A stretch of 64,000 nt of DNA from Squalus acanthias (taxonomy: Eukaryota), in NCBI GenBank assembly GCA_030390025.1, contig CM059438.1:7502001-7566000 (forward strand). The letters are read 5' to 3'. The first letter of the stretch is position 1. Each line of letters starts with the position of its first letter. A program made the translations under genes and the position numbers. Below, piece by piece: positions 37,457 to 50,624 of this stretch. Below the pieces are notes generated by a model that had not been told where the DNA came from, did no database searches, and worked only from the letters and a program-made list of their open reading frames with translations.

Positions 37457-38082
37457 GGTCGGTAAATGAAGTCCTTCATACAATGCGTTTCCAGTCTCCA
37501 GAAGAAGCAAGGCTGCTTGCAGGCCTTAAATCCAGCAGCACTGATGACGTCATCGGAGGCGACTTTCTGTATGAAAAGACTCATTGGGCCAGTGGTTCCC
37601 ACACACAGGAAATCAATTGCCCAATTAGGGGAAAATCCCACTTTTTCAACACATCACTTAGGAGTCGGGGTCCTGACACGCCCCAGCCCGCCCACACTGA
37701 CAAAATCCAGCCCTGTGTCTCTATTAATAAAGCCAAGGATTCCATATTTTTTTTTAACAGCCTTCTCAACTTGTCCTGCCACCTTCAAAGATTTGTGTAA
37801 GTACACCCCCAGGTCTCTCTGTACCTGCACCCACTTTAAAACTGTACCATTTAGTTTATATTGCCTCTCCTCATTCTTCTGACCGTAATGTATCACTTCA
37901 CACTTCTCTGCGTTAAATTTCATCTGCCCTGTGTCTGCCCATTTCACCAGTCTGTCTATGTCCTCCTGAAGTCTGTTACTACTCTCCTCATTGTTTACTA
38001 CATTTCCGAGTTTTGTGTCGTCTGCAAACTTTGAAATTATGCCCTGTATACCCAAGTCCAGGTCTTTAATATATATCAAAAG

Positions 38083-38189
38083 TGAGAAGTCGCACAACAC
38101 CAGGTTATAGTCCAACAGATTTATTTAATTTTACAAGCTTTCGGAGCGATACAGAACGTGACTTGACATCACGGCCGGTCTTTCCAGCC
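38083..38189 (-). mobile_element. Short Penelope-like insertion
   Basis: 12-bp TSD atatatcaaaag at 38071-38082 and 38190-38201. Contains the 3' half of a hammerhead motif (ccGAAAgctt on the minus strand). Confidence 0.65.
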
Positions 38190-38212
38190 ATATATCAAAA
38201 GAGCAGTGATCC

Positions 38213-38568
38213 GAATAGGTCCTAAGCAGAGCCTGTTTCCTCTGGCTGGGGAGTCTAGAACTAGCAGTCATAGTCTCAGGATAAGGAGTCGGCCATTTAG
38301 GACTAAGATGAGGAGAAATTTTTTCACTCAGAGGATTGTGAATATTTGGAATTCTCTACCCCTGAGGGCTGTAGATGCTCAGTTGTTGAGTATATTCAGG
38401 ACTGAGATCGATAGACTTTTAGACACAAAGGGGATCAAGGAATATGGAGATGGGGCTGGAAAGTGGAGTTGAAGTAGACGATCAGCCATGATCTTTTTTA
38501 ATGGCGGAACAGGCTCAAGGGGCCGTATGGGCTACTCCTGCTCCTATTTCTTATGTTCGTATGTTCTT
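38213..38568 (+). mobile_element. CR1 3' end nested in a CR1
   Basis: RRNFFTQRIVNIWNSLP followed by the ttatgttc tail. Confidence 0.9.
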
Positions 38569-38824
38569 ATACCAACCCCTGGGGAACACCACTGTATACT
38601 TCCCTCCAGTCTGAAAAATAACCATTCACCATTACTATCTGCTTTCTGTACCTTAGCCAATTTCGTATCCACCCTGCCACTGTCCCTTTAGTCCTTTAAT
38701 TTGTCTATTCTGTGGTACTTTATCAAACGCCTTTTGAAAGTCCATACACACAACATCAACTGCACTACCCTCATCAACCCTCTCCATTACTTCATCAAAG
38801 AACTCAATCAAGTTAGTCAAACAC

Positions 38825-39838
38825 TAAATGAGCAATGGTGGGCGTTCAAGACGGAGATAGTTCGGGTACAAACCAAGCATATTCCCATAAGGAGGAAAGA
38901 TAGGGCATCCAAAGTTAGAGCTCCCTGGATGACAAAGGAAATAGAGATTAAAATAAAACAGAGAAAGGAAGCTTATGACTAATGTCAGGTCCAGAATACA
39001 GTAGAAACCAGGCAGAATACAGAGTGCAGGGGTATATTGAAAAAGGATATAAGAAGGGAAAAGAAAGAATATGAGAATAGATTAGTGACATAAAAGGGAA
39101 CCTAAAAATCTTTTATAAACATATAAAAAGTAAAAGGATAGTTAAAGGAATGGTGGGGCCAATTAGGGACAAGAAGGAAATTTTGTGGAGGAAGAGGGTG
39201 TGACTGAGGTACTGAATGAGTACTTTACATCTGTCTTCACAAAAGAAGAGGATGAAGTTAATGTCACAGTAGAGGAGGGGGGTGTAGAGATAATGGATAG
39301 GATAAAAATAGATAGAATTGAGGTGCTAAATAGGTTGGCATCACTCCCAGTTAACAAGTCACCCAGTCCAGATGGGATGCATCCTAGGTTGCTGAGGGAA
39401 GATAGGGTGGAGATAGCAGAAGCTCTGACCGCAATCTTTCAATCCTCCTTGGATATGGGTGTGGTGCCAGAGGACTGGAGGTTAGCAAATGTTGTACCCC
39501 TTTTCAAAAAAGGGGAGAGAGATAAACCTGGTAACTACAGACCAGACAGTCTAACGTCAGTAGTGGGGAAACTACTAGAGACCAGTGTCAAGGACAAAAT
39601 TAATTCTCACTTGGAGAAGCATGGGTTACTAAGGGGGACAGCCAGCACAGATTTGTTAAAGGCAAATCATGTCTGACTAACCTGATTGAGTTCTTTGATG
39701 AAGTAACAGAGAGGGTTGATGAAGGTAGTGCAGTAGATGTTGTATATACAGACTTTCAAAAGGCATTTGATAAAGTACCACATAACAGAACTATTTGGGA
39801 AATAGCAGTACATGGGATTAAAGGGACGGTGGTAACTT
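38825..39838 (+). mobile_element. CR1 ORF2 internal fragment
   Basis: KSPSPDGMHPRLL, DWRLANVVPLFKKG, NYRP and DFQKAFDKVPH motifs. Confidence 0.92.
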
Positions 39839-42765
39839 AGGGTCTAGGCAGCTGAAGGCATGGCTACCAATGGTAGAGCAATGAGGTTCAGGGATAAGTC
39901 AGTGTCCCATGTAACATTACATTGTAAAAAAACTTTCAACTCATTGTGTACAGTGGCACAGGAGAATTACGAGTAATATATTAAAACCTTACCTCTGCAT
40001 GCATTTCCAGTCAACATTTTCCATTATAAATTCCTGTGGCCACATTTATAATGGAACTACCCATGTAAACTTGTCACGCTGTAATTACACCCTCCTGCCA
40101 ATGGAGGCACTGCAGAGCCACCAGATGACAAGTTTGCATAGGCAGTTTCTATCATAAATGTGGACATAGGAATTTGTAATAGAAATATAAAAAATAAAGA
40201 CAGAATGTACAACTTTGAAATGGGGACTGCGTGCTCTGGCCCAATTATTCCCCTGACCTCAAACCCCAAACTTTACCTGAAAATCACACTTGGTCTTAGA
40301 CTCCTCATGTGCAATACTCTGAGGGATTGACTAGGTAATTAACACTTTTGCTGTCCACAATGTACCTTTCACATACACAAACTAATGATTCACTCACTCA
40401 AAATAACGCACAGTGGCCTCCAGTGGTATGTAGTACCCTGCAATAAATCTTAATGAGGTCTTTAAGCTGTCCCAAGAAACTATGCACCTGTGGAATCCAA
40501 AGCTCAGCTTACCAGTCAGATTGAGTCATAGAAAATACAGCACAGGAGGCCATTCAGCCCATTGTTCCTGTGTCAACCCTTTCAAAGAGTTATCCAATTA
40601 GTTCTACTCCCCAACTATTTCCCCATAGCCCTGCAATTTTTTCCTTTTCGAGTATATATCCAATTCCCTTTTGAAAGCTACTATTGAAAGTGAGTTCCAT
40701 GTTTTCCCTCCCACTTACATCCAAGTCCTTCATAACTCACTGTGCAGCCCTTGAGAAATAAGAGTCTGCCGCCCTTATAACTCATAACTTGCTGCCTCGA
40801 TAGCTTTGATGTCTAGTTTGAGGATTGAAGGCTGTAATTTAATTCAAAAGACTATTTAAAAGTCACAAATTCCATTGGGCTTAATAAAAGCAAAACAAAA
40901 AGAAGCCAGATGGGTGCATATATGGACGCGATAATAAATATGTACATGCGGATGGAGTGGTATATTGAGAATTGTTTTTAATTGTTCTTGAGATGTAGAC
41001 TCCATCCCTTACAAGGCTAACCTCAAAATCCCAATGTAGACCAGGAGCGGTGAATCTGGGTCCCTGTTTATTTCTGTGCCGTTCTTCTGGACTCCCGCTG
41101 GAGTTACAATGGGAGTCCGCCAGAATGGCCACATAAATTTGGCGCCAACAATGGGGGTTTGGTATGCCAAACCCAATCCTGTCCTCCTTCTGTGTACACC
41201 CACTCTCCAGCAGGAGTCCCTGGACAACGATCAGAAGCAGCACCACTTGACCCCACGTTAATTAAAAGCCAAGTAAACATAAGAACGTAAGAAATAGGAG
41301 CAGGAATAGGCCATACGGCCCCTCGAGCCTGCTCCTCCATTCAGTAAGCTCTTCCACCTCAACTCCACTCTCCCGCCCTATCCCCTAAAGTAAAGAAAAT
41401 GGGATCCGCAGAGAAACAGACAAGGAGTTCAGACTCGCATATAAATAAGCTCGAAGTTCTAGTGGAAGGATGTTTGAAAGTAAAGGTTTTTAGTTCTGTT
41501 GCAATCGTCTCAACCTCTGCCAAGCATTAAAAAGCCTGGAGGGAAGCGACAAAGGAAAAGGTCAGTAAAAACCTCCCATAGCAGCAGTGACAGAGACGTA
41601 AATGAAAAACATTTTATTGATGGGACAAAGGATTGTGTGACTGAAGGTGGCACACAGTGAGCACTGGATACAATTTACTGAAAATTGAGTCATATTCCCC
41701 GCAAATAGATCCTTAGAATGGGGGGGGGGGGCAAGGGGGATAGTCATCTTCAGAAGGTTATCATTCACTGTGTTTATTTGTCTAACACATATCATTCGTG
41801 TTAACTTTATATGATTGGCAACGTAATATTGTTGAGCATATTTCCATATGTTAGCTGTCCTCTCTGCAGTCTATAAATTTGATTAATAGTTTTTTCTTAA
41901 ACAATCTTTAAAAATATCAGCTCCCAGAGGATGATCTTTTGAAAGTCTTCATTGCTTCAATCTTCACAGTTAATTCATCTCCAGTTATCAGCTTGGCTCA
42001 GTGGTATCGCTCTCACCTCTGGGTCAGAAGGTCAAAAGTACTTCATTGGCTGTGAGGCACTTTTGGGAGTTTCTGAGGAGATGCAGGGGGCTAAAGTTGT
42101 ATTGCTGTGCAGAAGCTTCAGCCAACTTGTGAAAGTGATGCTGTACAGTCAGTGATAATGTGTTACAATCGCCGGCAAATGTGGGATAATAGGTTACAGC
42201 CAGGCTGCCAACTCTCTTTATTCACGGACCCAGCAAAGTGCAATTTCTGTGGTGGATTCCATCTTCTATGATCTGAATTATTAACCCCCTTGTGCGCCAC
42301 TGTGAATGGGAGCCGCCCGCAACAGGATAACGATGACCCTTTTTATCGAGACCTTTCTCAGAGGAGGCGGCACTGGAGCGCAGCATGTGCTCCTGTCCTT
42401 TCCAAAGAACAATATCGCGGCCAGACCATCTCATTGCGTCAACAACCAATGGTCAAACTTATTTACAGAATATTTAGTTGCACAGATGCAAAATGTGTAC
42501 ATCAGAATAATCAGCAAATAGATGCTTAACTTAAACACGACCTTTACATTGAGAATGTTAGAGACCTTCCCATAATCTTTTAACTGAGTCTTTGACAATC
42601 ATACCGTGAGCACTTCTTTGTTTCATGAAGTTCTGTCTTATCACCTGCGTACAAATTGGCTGTCATGTTTCCTACATTGCAACAGTGACTACACTTCAAA
42701 AATGATTTCATTGGCTGTAAAGCGCTTTGGGACGTCCCGTGATCGTGAAAGGCGCTATATAAATG

Positions 42766-44390
42766 CATAAGAACATAAGACGTAGGAGCAGGACTCGGTC
42801 ATTCGGCCCCTCGAGCCTGCTCCGCCACTCAATAAGATCATGGCTGATCTGATCTTGGCCTCAACTCCACTTTCCTGCCTGCTCCCCATAACCCTTGACT
42901 CCCTTACCTTTCAAAAATCTGTGTATCTCCACCTTAAATATATTCAATGACCCAGCCTCTACAGCTCTCTAGGGAAGAGAATTCCAAAGATTCACGACCC
43001 TCTGAGAGAAGAAATTCCTCCTCATTTCCGATTTAAAAGGGTGCCCCCTAATTCTGAAATTATGCCCCCTAGTTCTAGATTCCCCCACGAGGGGAAACAT
43101 CCTCTCTGCATCTACCCTATCAAGCCCCTTCAGAATCTTATATGTTTCAATAAGATCCCCTCTCATTCTTCTAAACTCCAATGAGTATAGGCCCAACCTG
43201 CTCAACCTTTCTTCATAAGACAACCCCTTCATCTCCGGAATCAACCTAGTGAACCTTCTCTGAACTGCCTCCAATGCAAGTATATCCTTCCTTAAATAAG
43301 GAGACCAAAACTATACGCAGTACTCCATGTGTGGTCTCACCAACGCCCTGTACAGTTGTAACAGGACTTCCCTACTTTTATACTCCATTCCCTTTGCAAT
43401 AAAGGCCAACATTCCATTTGCTTTCCTAATTACTTGCTGTACCTGCTTGCTACCTTTTTGTGATTCATGTCCAAGGACCCCCAGTTCCCTCTGTACCTCA
43501 GCATTTTGTAATCTCTCCCCATTTAAATAATAATTGGCTTTTTTTTTCCTACCAAAGTGGATAACCTTGCATTTTCCCACATTAAACTCCATCTGCCAGA
43601 TTTTTGTGCACTCACTTAGCCTATCTATATCCCTTTGGAGATTCTTTGCGTCCTCCACACAATTTGCTTTCCCACCTATCTTTGTATCATCAGCAAATTT
43701 GGCTACATTACACTCAGTCCCTTCATCCAAGTCATTAATATAGATTGTAAATAGTTGAGGCCCCAGCACTGATCCCTGCGGCAGCCCACTAGTTACAGTT
43801 TGCCAACCTAAAAATGACCCATTTATCCCGACTCTCTGTTTCTGTTAGTTAGCCAATCCTCTATCCATGCTAATATATTACCCCCAACCCCGTGAGCTGT
43901 TATCTTGTGTAGTAACCTTTTATGCGGCACCTTATCGAATGCCTTCTGGAAATCCAAATACACGACATCTACTGGTTCCCCTCTATCCACCCTGCTCGTT
44001 ACATCCTCAAAGAATTCCAGCAATTTTGTCAAACATGATTTCCCTTTCATAAAACCATGCTGACTCTGCTTGACTATATTATGATTTTCTAAATGTCCTG
44101 CTAACACTTCCTTAATGATGGACTCCAGCATTTTCCCAATGACAGATGTTAGGCTAACTGGTCAATAGTTGCCTGTTTTCTGTCTCCCTCCTTTCTTAAA
44201 TAGGGGCGTTACATTTGCGGGTTTCCTGTCCGCTGAGACCTCTCCAGAATCCAGGGAATTTTAATAGAAACATAGAAACATAGAATCTAGGAGCTAGATT
44301 ACAACCAATGCATCCACTATCTCTGTAGCCACCTCTTTTAAGACTCTAGGATGCAGGCCATCGGGTCATGGGGACTTGTCCACCTTTAGT
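42766..44390 (-). mobile_element. CR1 LINE with RT domain
   Basis: QHGFMKGKSCLT, YLDFQKAFDKVPH, FADD and the C-terminal WNSLP motif, plus tail. Confidence 0.95.
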
Positions 44391-44837
44391 CTTTTTATCA
44401 TTGCTATATGCAAACATGTGGTTAAAGCAGGGGAACTTGGAATTGCAGAATACTTATACTGCTCCACATAAGCATTTGCCACTCCAGATCAAAGGAATAT
44501 TTACCCCAGGCAAGCAATTTGTTATTAATCAATATTAACTTATAGGTAGATAGAGTGAGCAGTGCTCTCCTTTATCTGCTTAATTGCAAGATAAATCACC
44601 CTGGCCTATATTTTCTAGACTGGCTGACTTGTGTATCAAATAGCTTGCTTATCCTCAAATGGAAAGATTGGCACCTACGAGAGAACGCAAATACACTACT
44701 ATTTAGTATTTCAAAAACATGAGCTAATCGCCGATACAATTCATTTGTAAGAATAAGACTGGCTACTCTCCATTTCCGGTACCAACAGTTATATCTAGTC
44801 CAACCTTATGTACATTACTTTACTTTCCCCACACAAA

Positions 44838-46569
44838 GGGGGGAATTTTGCAGGGGGTCAGCGGGCGCGATCGGTGGTGGGTCGGGTGGGAAAATGTATT
44901 TTTTTGACACCGGGTCAGGACCCCGCTGTCAACCCGCCACCACGAGCCTTTACCAAGTGTCGGGTCTGTCAGCGCTGAGCAGACCCGACACGCAGCGGCG
45001 GGGGAGGCAATTAAAATCATTAGTGGCTTGTTTTACAGCCACTTAACAACTCTTTTTTCCCAGCTTTTTGATTTTGACGTGTCGCCCACCGGTTTCCCGC
45101 TGTGCCCAGGCCTCGTCTGTGAAGCTGAGGCGGGAGGTTACTTGCCATTGTTTCAGCTGATGAGTTGACAGCTTCAAATGTCAAGTCAAAACTCCCAGCT
45201 GAATCAGATATCTTCCCTTAGCCATTAGCTTCTCTAAACTGCATTTCCACAGGTTAAGAATGCTGGAAGTCGTTACACAAAGCTCCATCCAGTCTGACCT
45301 CATTACCTCTTCCACCATTGACAGATCGCTTCTGTCATCTCTACTTCACCTGCCATCTATTCCATCAGCATCGGTGCCCTTAAAACTATCTCACCTTGGT
45401 CCTCAGAATCCCACCACAATCAGCTCCAACACCAGCATCACCAGGCACACCAGCAGCACCAACAACAACACCAACCTTTTCCGCAATCAACTGATGCTGC
45501 ACAGGACACAGGGCATCAGCACCCGACCACATTGCTGCCCAGGAGTCCAGGAATGGCCGCCCCATAGCCAGATTAATTCACTTGACGCTGTACACCCTGG
45601 AAGCCACATGATGCGCTAGGTTGTCGCCACCCCATGTCAACACCATAAAGCATCCCTACAATGCCCAAGCCATTCCTTTCACACTCATCACCATTGCGGG
45701 GGGTACTGTTATGTCTCACCATTCACTGCAACTCACTAAGCCACTTCCAACGGTGCGCACAAATCTGTCCAAGAACACAAAGTGTTGAAAATATAGGTTT
45801 CAATGTTTGACAGCACATTAACAGAAACTTTACATGAACATTTACATGAACACCCAAGTGCCTACCCTTGTGTGTTGTTAGTTAGTATGATTGGACTAGG
45901 ATGAGGGTGAGTGTGAGGGGTGGCTAGTGAGATGGGGAAGTGATAATGTAGATAGAGAGGGATAGGTGGAGGTGCAAGGTAAGTTGGTGTGAGTAAAGAT
46001 GTGCAGGAGTAGGGTAGGAAAGGCAGAACGATGGGGATATGATGAGAGGCACAGCAGGATGAAGTTGAGTGTGGCTTTGTACTAACATTTCATGATCTAC
46101 TGAAATCATTGAAACGTTTGCGCCACTGCACCCAGGTCCTCCTGACAACATCCCTACTTGTGTCCTCCTCTGCAATGTGCAACTAGACTGTGTTGATCTC
46201 CCAGGGAGGTCTTCTCCGCCCGTGGGAAGGGAAGAGGACCTCCCTGTGTGGGAGAACCTGGGTGCAGGCATGCACCTCTGTGCAGTGCTTATCAGTGTTT
46301 GCAGCACCTCAATGCTGTAGAGCACTGACAGCAGAACTGTCAAATGAAAGCTGGCCATGGTCCCTTTAAGGAAACCGGCTGATGACGCGTCATCAAATGA
46401 TGTCACCAGACCCGCTTCCTTCAATGGGCCGGGAAACTCGCTGGGCGGGCCTAACAAGCCCAATCACGGTAAATTCATTCTACACAGCGGGCTGGAGATG
46501 GCAGCGGGGCCGGGACCCGCCACCGACCTCGTCCGCCACGGACCCGCCGAGGTTGGTAAAATCCAGCCC
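44838..46569 (-). mobile_element. Harbinger element (1732 bp) with Myb exon 1 and a core-deleted transposase remnant
   Basis: Ends ggggggaatttt / aaaatccagccc, TSD AAA/AAA. Myb exon at ~46271-46087 (APRFS...RRTWVQWRKRFND, donor gttagt). Remnant at 45370-45575. Confidence 0.8.
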
Positions 46570-46589
46570 AAATAACAAGAACCTACTTT

Positions 46590-47875
46590 TATTGCTTAAG
46601 ATAAAAAATCACGGGATTGGGGGTAATATTCTGGCATGGATAGAGGATTGGCTATCTAACAGAAGGCAGAGAGTTGGGATAAATGGTTCATTCTCAGACT
46701 GGCAATCAGTAACTAGTGGTGTTCCGCAGGGGTCAGTGCTGGGTCCCCAACTCTTTACAATCTATATTAACGATTTGGAGGAGAGGACCGAGTGTAACAT
46801 ATCAAAGTTTGCAGATGATACTAAGATGGGAAAGTAGTGAGTGAGGAGGACATAAAAAATCTGCAAGGGGACATAGATAGGCTAAGTAAGTGGGCAGAGA
46901 TTTGGCAGATGGAATACAATACTGGAAAGTGTGAGGTTATGCACTTTGGCAGGAAAAATAGTAGAGCAAGTTATTATCTAAATGGCAAGAAACTGGAAAG
47001 TACTGAAGTACAAAGGGATCTGGGGGTCCTGGTGCACGAAACTCAAAAGGTTAGTATGCAGGTGCAGCAAGTGATTAAGAAGGCCAATGGAATGTTGGCT
47101 TTCATTGCTAAGGGGATAGAATATAAAAATAGGGAGGTATTGCTTCAGTTGTACAAGGTATTGGTGAGACCGCACCTGGAATACTGCATACAGTTTTGGT
47201 GTCCATACTTAAGAAAAGACATACTTGCTCTCGAGGCAGTACAAAGAAGGTTCACTCGGTTAATCCCAGGGATGAGGGGATGGACATATGAGAAGAGGTT
47301 GGGTAGATTGGGACTCTACTCATTGGAGTTCAGAAGAATGAGAGGTGATCTTATTGAAACATATAAGATTGTGAAGGGGTTGGATCGGGTGGATGCGGGG
47401 AGGATGTTCCCGATGATGGGTGAAACTAGAACTAGGGGGCATAGTCTTAGAATAAGGGGCTGCTCTTTCAAAACTGAGATGAGAAGGAACTACTTCACTC
47501 AGAGGGTGGTAGGTCCATGGAATATGCTGCCCCAAAAAGCTGTAGAAGCTACATCATTACATAAATTTAAAACAGAAATAGACAGTTTCCTAGAAGTAAA
47601 GGGAATCAAGGGTTACGGGGAGCGGGCAGGAATTTGGACATGAGTCTAGGTTCAGATCGGTCATGGCCCTGTGGGTAGCGGAGCGGGCCCAGGGGCCGTG
47701 TAGCCTGATTCTGCTCCTATTTCGTGTGTCCAATTCTGTTAGATTCAGGAGATGGTTCTGTGATAGTAGATTGGCGGTTAGGATCAGATCAGCTATGATC
47801 TTATTGAATGGCGGAGCAGGCTCGAGGGGCCATTTGGCCTATTCCTGCTCCTATTTCTTATGTTCTTATGTTCTT
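46590..47875 (+). mobile_element. CR1 LINE 3' portion, well preserved
   Basis: QGSVLGP and FADD, then a 268-aa open ORF2 C-terminus (46837-47643) and a (ttatgttc)n tail. Confidence 0.95.
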
Positions 47876-49095
47876 ACCTCTTTGACCAAGCTTTTGGTCA
47901 CCTGTCCTAATATCTCCTTGTGTGGCTCGGTGTCAAATTTTGGTCTGATAACGCTCCTGTGAAGCGCCTTGGGACGTTTTACTGTGTTAAAGGCGCTGTG
48001 TAAATGCAAGTTGTTGTGGTGCCGAGCCAATTACTCACATTCTTCAGAAAGGCAGCGCTGGAACGGGAAATGCATCATTGTTTCCTGGCACTATAGCGAG
48101 ATCAGGAGCGGGATCAGATCTTCAGCTGCTGCTGTGCAATTATCTGGACTCAATGTCAGAAACCTGACAAAAACAAAAGGTGCTATTCATGCTACAGAGC
48201 CATTATAATCTCAAGGCTGAGAATGTTATGACGTCGTGATCCAACAAGTGAAGCTACATTTGCCTTCCTGTTGTAGAGTTTGAAGTATAAAAGTTGCCTC
48301 CAGGATGAAAGAGTCTCAGTGATCTGCAGACTAAAATCTCAGTTCAAAAAGGAACTCTGTTCAACTTTCAGAGGCTGGTCTTCAAAGCCTGCTATCAACA
48401 TAGAAGGTGTGTGGATTTCCATGTGCCTTCCATCAGCTGCCCGCAAATGGCTTCATCAGCTAAGTGATGTTATCAGCTTACGTTTTCTTTTACATTTTCA
48501 GTGAAGTTTTCAACATAATTAAATTGATGGATCTCATCGGTTGTGGGGGGGGTGAGCAGAATATTTCACCACCTTTTGCACCAAAGACGCGATTCCGGGC
48601 TCCCGATCGGGAGCCGCACTGGCAAGGAGCACAGGCCGGAGATAAAGCTGAAATATAGCCCCGATTCTCCGATCCGTGATCCCTGTGTGGCGTGTGGAAT
48701 TACCCATCAAGCGGCATTGTCAAGCATTCGGGCACAACACATTAGCTCGGTCTTAATTCCAGCTTCATAAGAGCACTTGCTGCTGCACCAGTCTGACCTC
48801 TCAGTCTCCCAGTATTCTTAAGGCCTCTCAGAGTGCCATTGCTGATTCGGTGCCAATTAGTGGCCCACATTGTGAACAGTATTGTTCTGTGCACTCATGC
48901 TTGCCAGCAACTATGTTGAGACTCCCATGTGCATTTCACATAAGAGTTTTACAACTGATAGAAGAAGATTACCTGATGGGCTGAACTGGTTCTGAACCCA
49001 TATCTCTGAGGTTAAAAAAAAATACGCTGTTTAAAATTGCTATACCCACTTGTTACAAATTATTCGCTGCTGTAAAATGAACAAGTATATTTAGC

Positions 49096-49495
49096 AATAA
49101 CAACAGAAAACGCTGGAAAAACTCAGCAGGCCAGGCAGCATCCGTGGAGAGAGAAAGAGAGTTAACGTTTCAGGTCGATGACCTTTCATCAGAACTGGGA
49201 AGAGCCGGAAATCAAATAGATTTAAGGCCAGGGTAAAGCTGGGAAAAGGGGGAGGGGATAAAGGAACAAAGGGGGAGATGAAGAGACATTAAGAGACATT
49301 AAGAGATATGCAAGGCTAGAGGTGGTGTTAATGTGACAGATTAAGGCTGAATGAAGTGTGAAATCCACTGGCAGAATGAAGGACAGCTGCCAGCTTCTAG
49401 GAGGAAAAAAAAAAGGTGGGGGGGCGGAACAAATAAAAATAAAATATAAATGTGATTGGAGCTGAGGTTATGATCTAAAATTGTTGAACTCGATT
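49096..49495 (-). mobile_element. Penelope-like retroelement end
   Basis: Terminal sequence of the type seen in shark Penelope elements, containing a hammerhead core. Flanking duplication atatttagcaat at 49087-49098 and 49506-49517. Confidence 0.75.
49160..49196 (-). ncRNA. Minimal type I hammerhead ribozyme motif
   Basis: Minus strand reads AGUU-CUGAUGA-A-AGGUC-auc-GACCU-GAAA-C-GUU-AACU: core boxes, stem II, stem I AGUU/AACU and a palindromic stem III. Confidence 0.8.
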
Positions 49496-49529
49496 ATTTG
49501 AACACATATTTAGCAATTATGTGTCTTTG

Positions 49530-50555
49530 TGTTCAGCCATGGCTCAGTGGGTAGCACTTTCTCCTCTGAGGTCGTGGGTTCAAATCCCACTCCAGAGACA
49601 TGAGCACAAAAATCTACACTGACACTCCGGTGCAGTACTGAGGGAGGGCTGCACTGTCGGAGGTGCTGTCTTTTGGGTGGGACGTTAAACCGAGGCCCCG
49701 TCTGCTCTCTCAGGTGGACGTAAAAAAACCCATGGCGCTATTTCGAAGAGGAGCAGGGGGAGTTCTCCCCGGTGTCCTGGGCCAATATTTATCCTTCAAT
49801 CAACATCACTGAGACAGATTATCTGGGTCATTATCACATTGCTGTTTGTGGGAGCTTGCTGTGCGCAAATTGGCTGCCTGCGTTTCCTACATTGCAACAG
49901 TAACCACACTTCAAAAAGTACTTCATTGGCTGTAAAGCGTTTTGGGAGGTCCGAAGGTCGTGAAAGGACCCTTCAAGACAGTAGGAGAGAAAATGGTGAG
50001 AAAAAGATATTTAGAATTTCTGAAAAGCAACAATGTAATATTTCCTCTCCTCTGTCATTTTAAAGTTACCTTCCCCCTTCTCTTTCGTTCTGCTAGTATA
50101 AGTATCAGCCTGACTCCGCTGGTACATCCTCTCCGATCAGAGTCAAAGAGCTATGGGTTCAAGCCTCACTCCAGGACTTGAATACATAATTGAAGCTGAT
50201 ATGGCAGAGCAGTCCTGGGAGAATGCTAAATTGTCAGATGCTAAATTGTCTTTTGGATATGATATTAAATCAGGAAGAAGTAGAAGATCCCACGGTACTA
50301 TTTGAAGAAGAGCCAGGGATTGGTCAGTCCTGGTGAATTGGCCAACATTCCTCACCTCAACCAATGCTACCAAAAACAGATGAACTGGTCATTTGTATCA
50401 TTTGCTGTTTATGGGAGCTTGCTGTGTGCATATTGGCTGCCGTGTTTGCCCACATAACAATAGTGACTGCGCTTCGAAAGTAAATCATTGGCAGTAAAGT
50501 ACTTTTGGAACATCCTGAGGATGTAATGAGGTGCAACATAAATGTGAGTTCTTAC
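49530..50555 (+). mobile_element. Two Deu-domain SINEs (49530-49975 and 50100-50555)
   Basis: Both colinear with 21486-21951. Confidence 0.85.
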
Positions 50556-50624
50556 TTACCCCACAAACATTCATTGTAAATGACTTTTGCCCAGGGATAT
50601 GACAGTGACGCTTTATAACCAACC

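Larger units (their letters stand above)
34478..37713 (-). mobile_element. PIF/Harbinger element (3236 bp) with a Myb/SANT gene and a core-deleted transposase
   Basis: TIRs gggctcgattttg / caaaatccagccc. TSD TGT at 34475-34477 and 37714-37716. Convergent two-gene layout. Confidence 0.9.
33885..38822 (-). mobile_element. CR1 LINE with three nested insertions
   Basis: RT pieces at 33953-34477 and 37714-38070 (FADD) join across the Harbinger insertion. Further inserts at 38083-38189 and ~38213-38568. Confidence 0.9.

Noticed and set aside
46837-47643. Active reverse transcriptase gene
   Set aside because: It is a 5'-truncated CR1 with no endonuclease or ORF1, and the frame breaks just after FADD.
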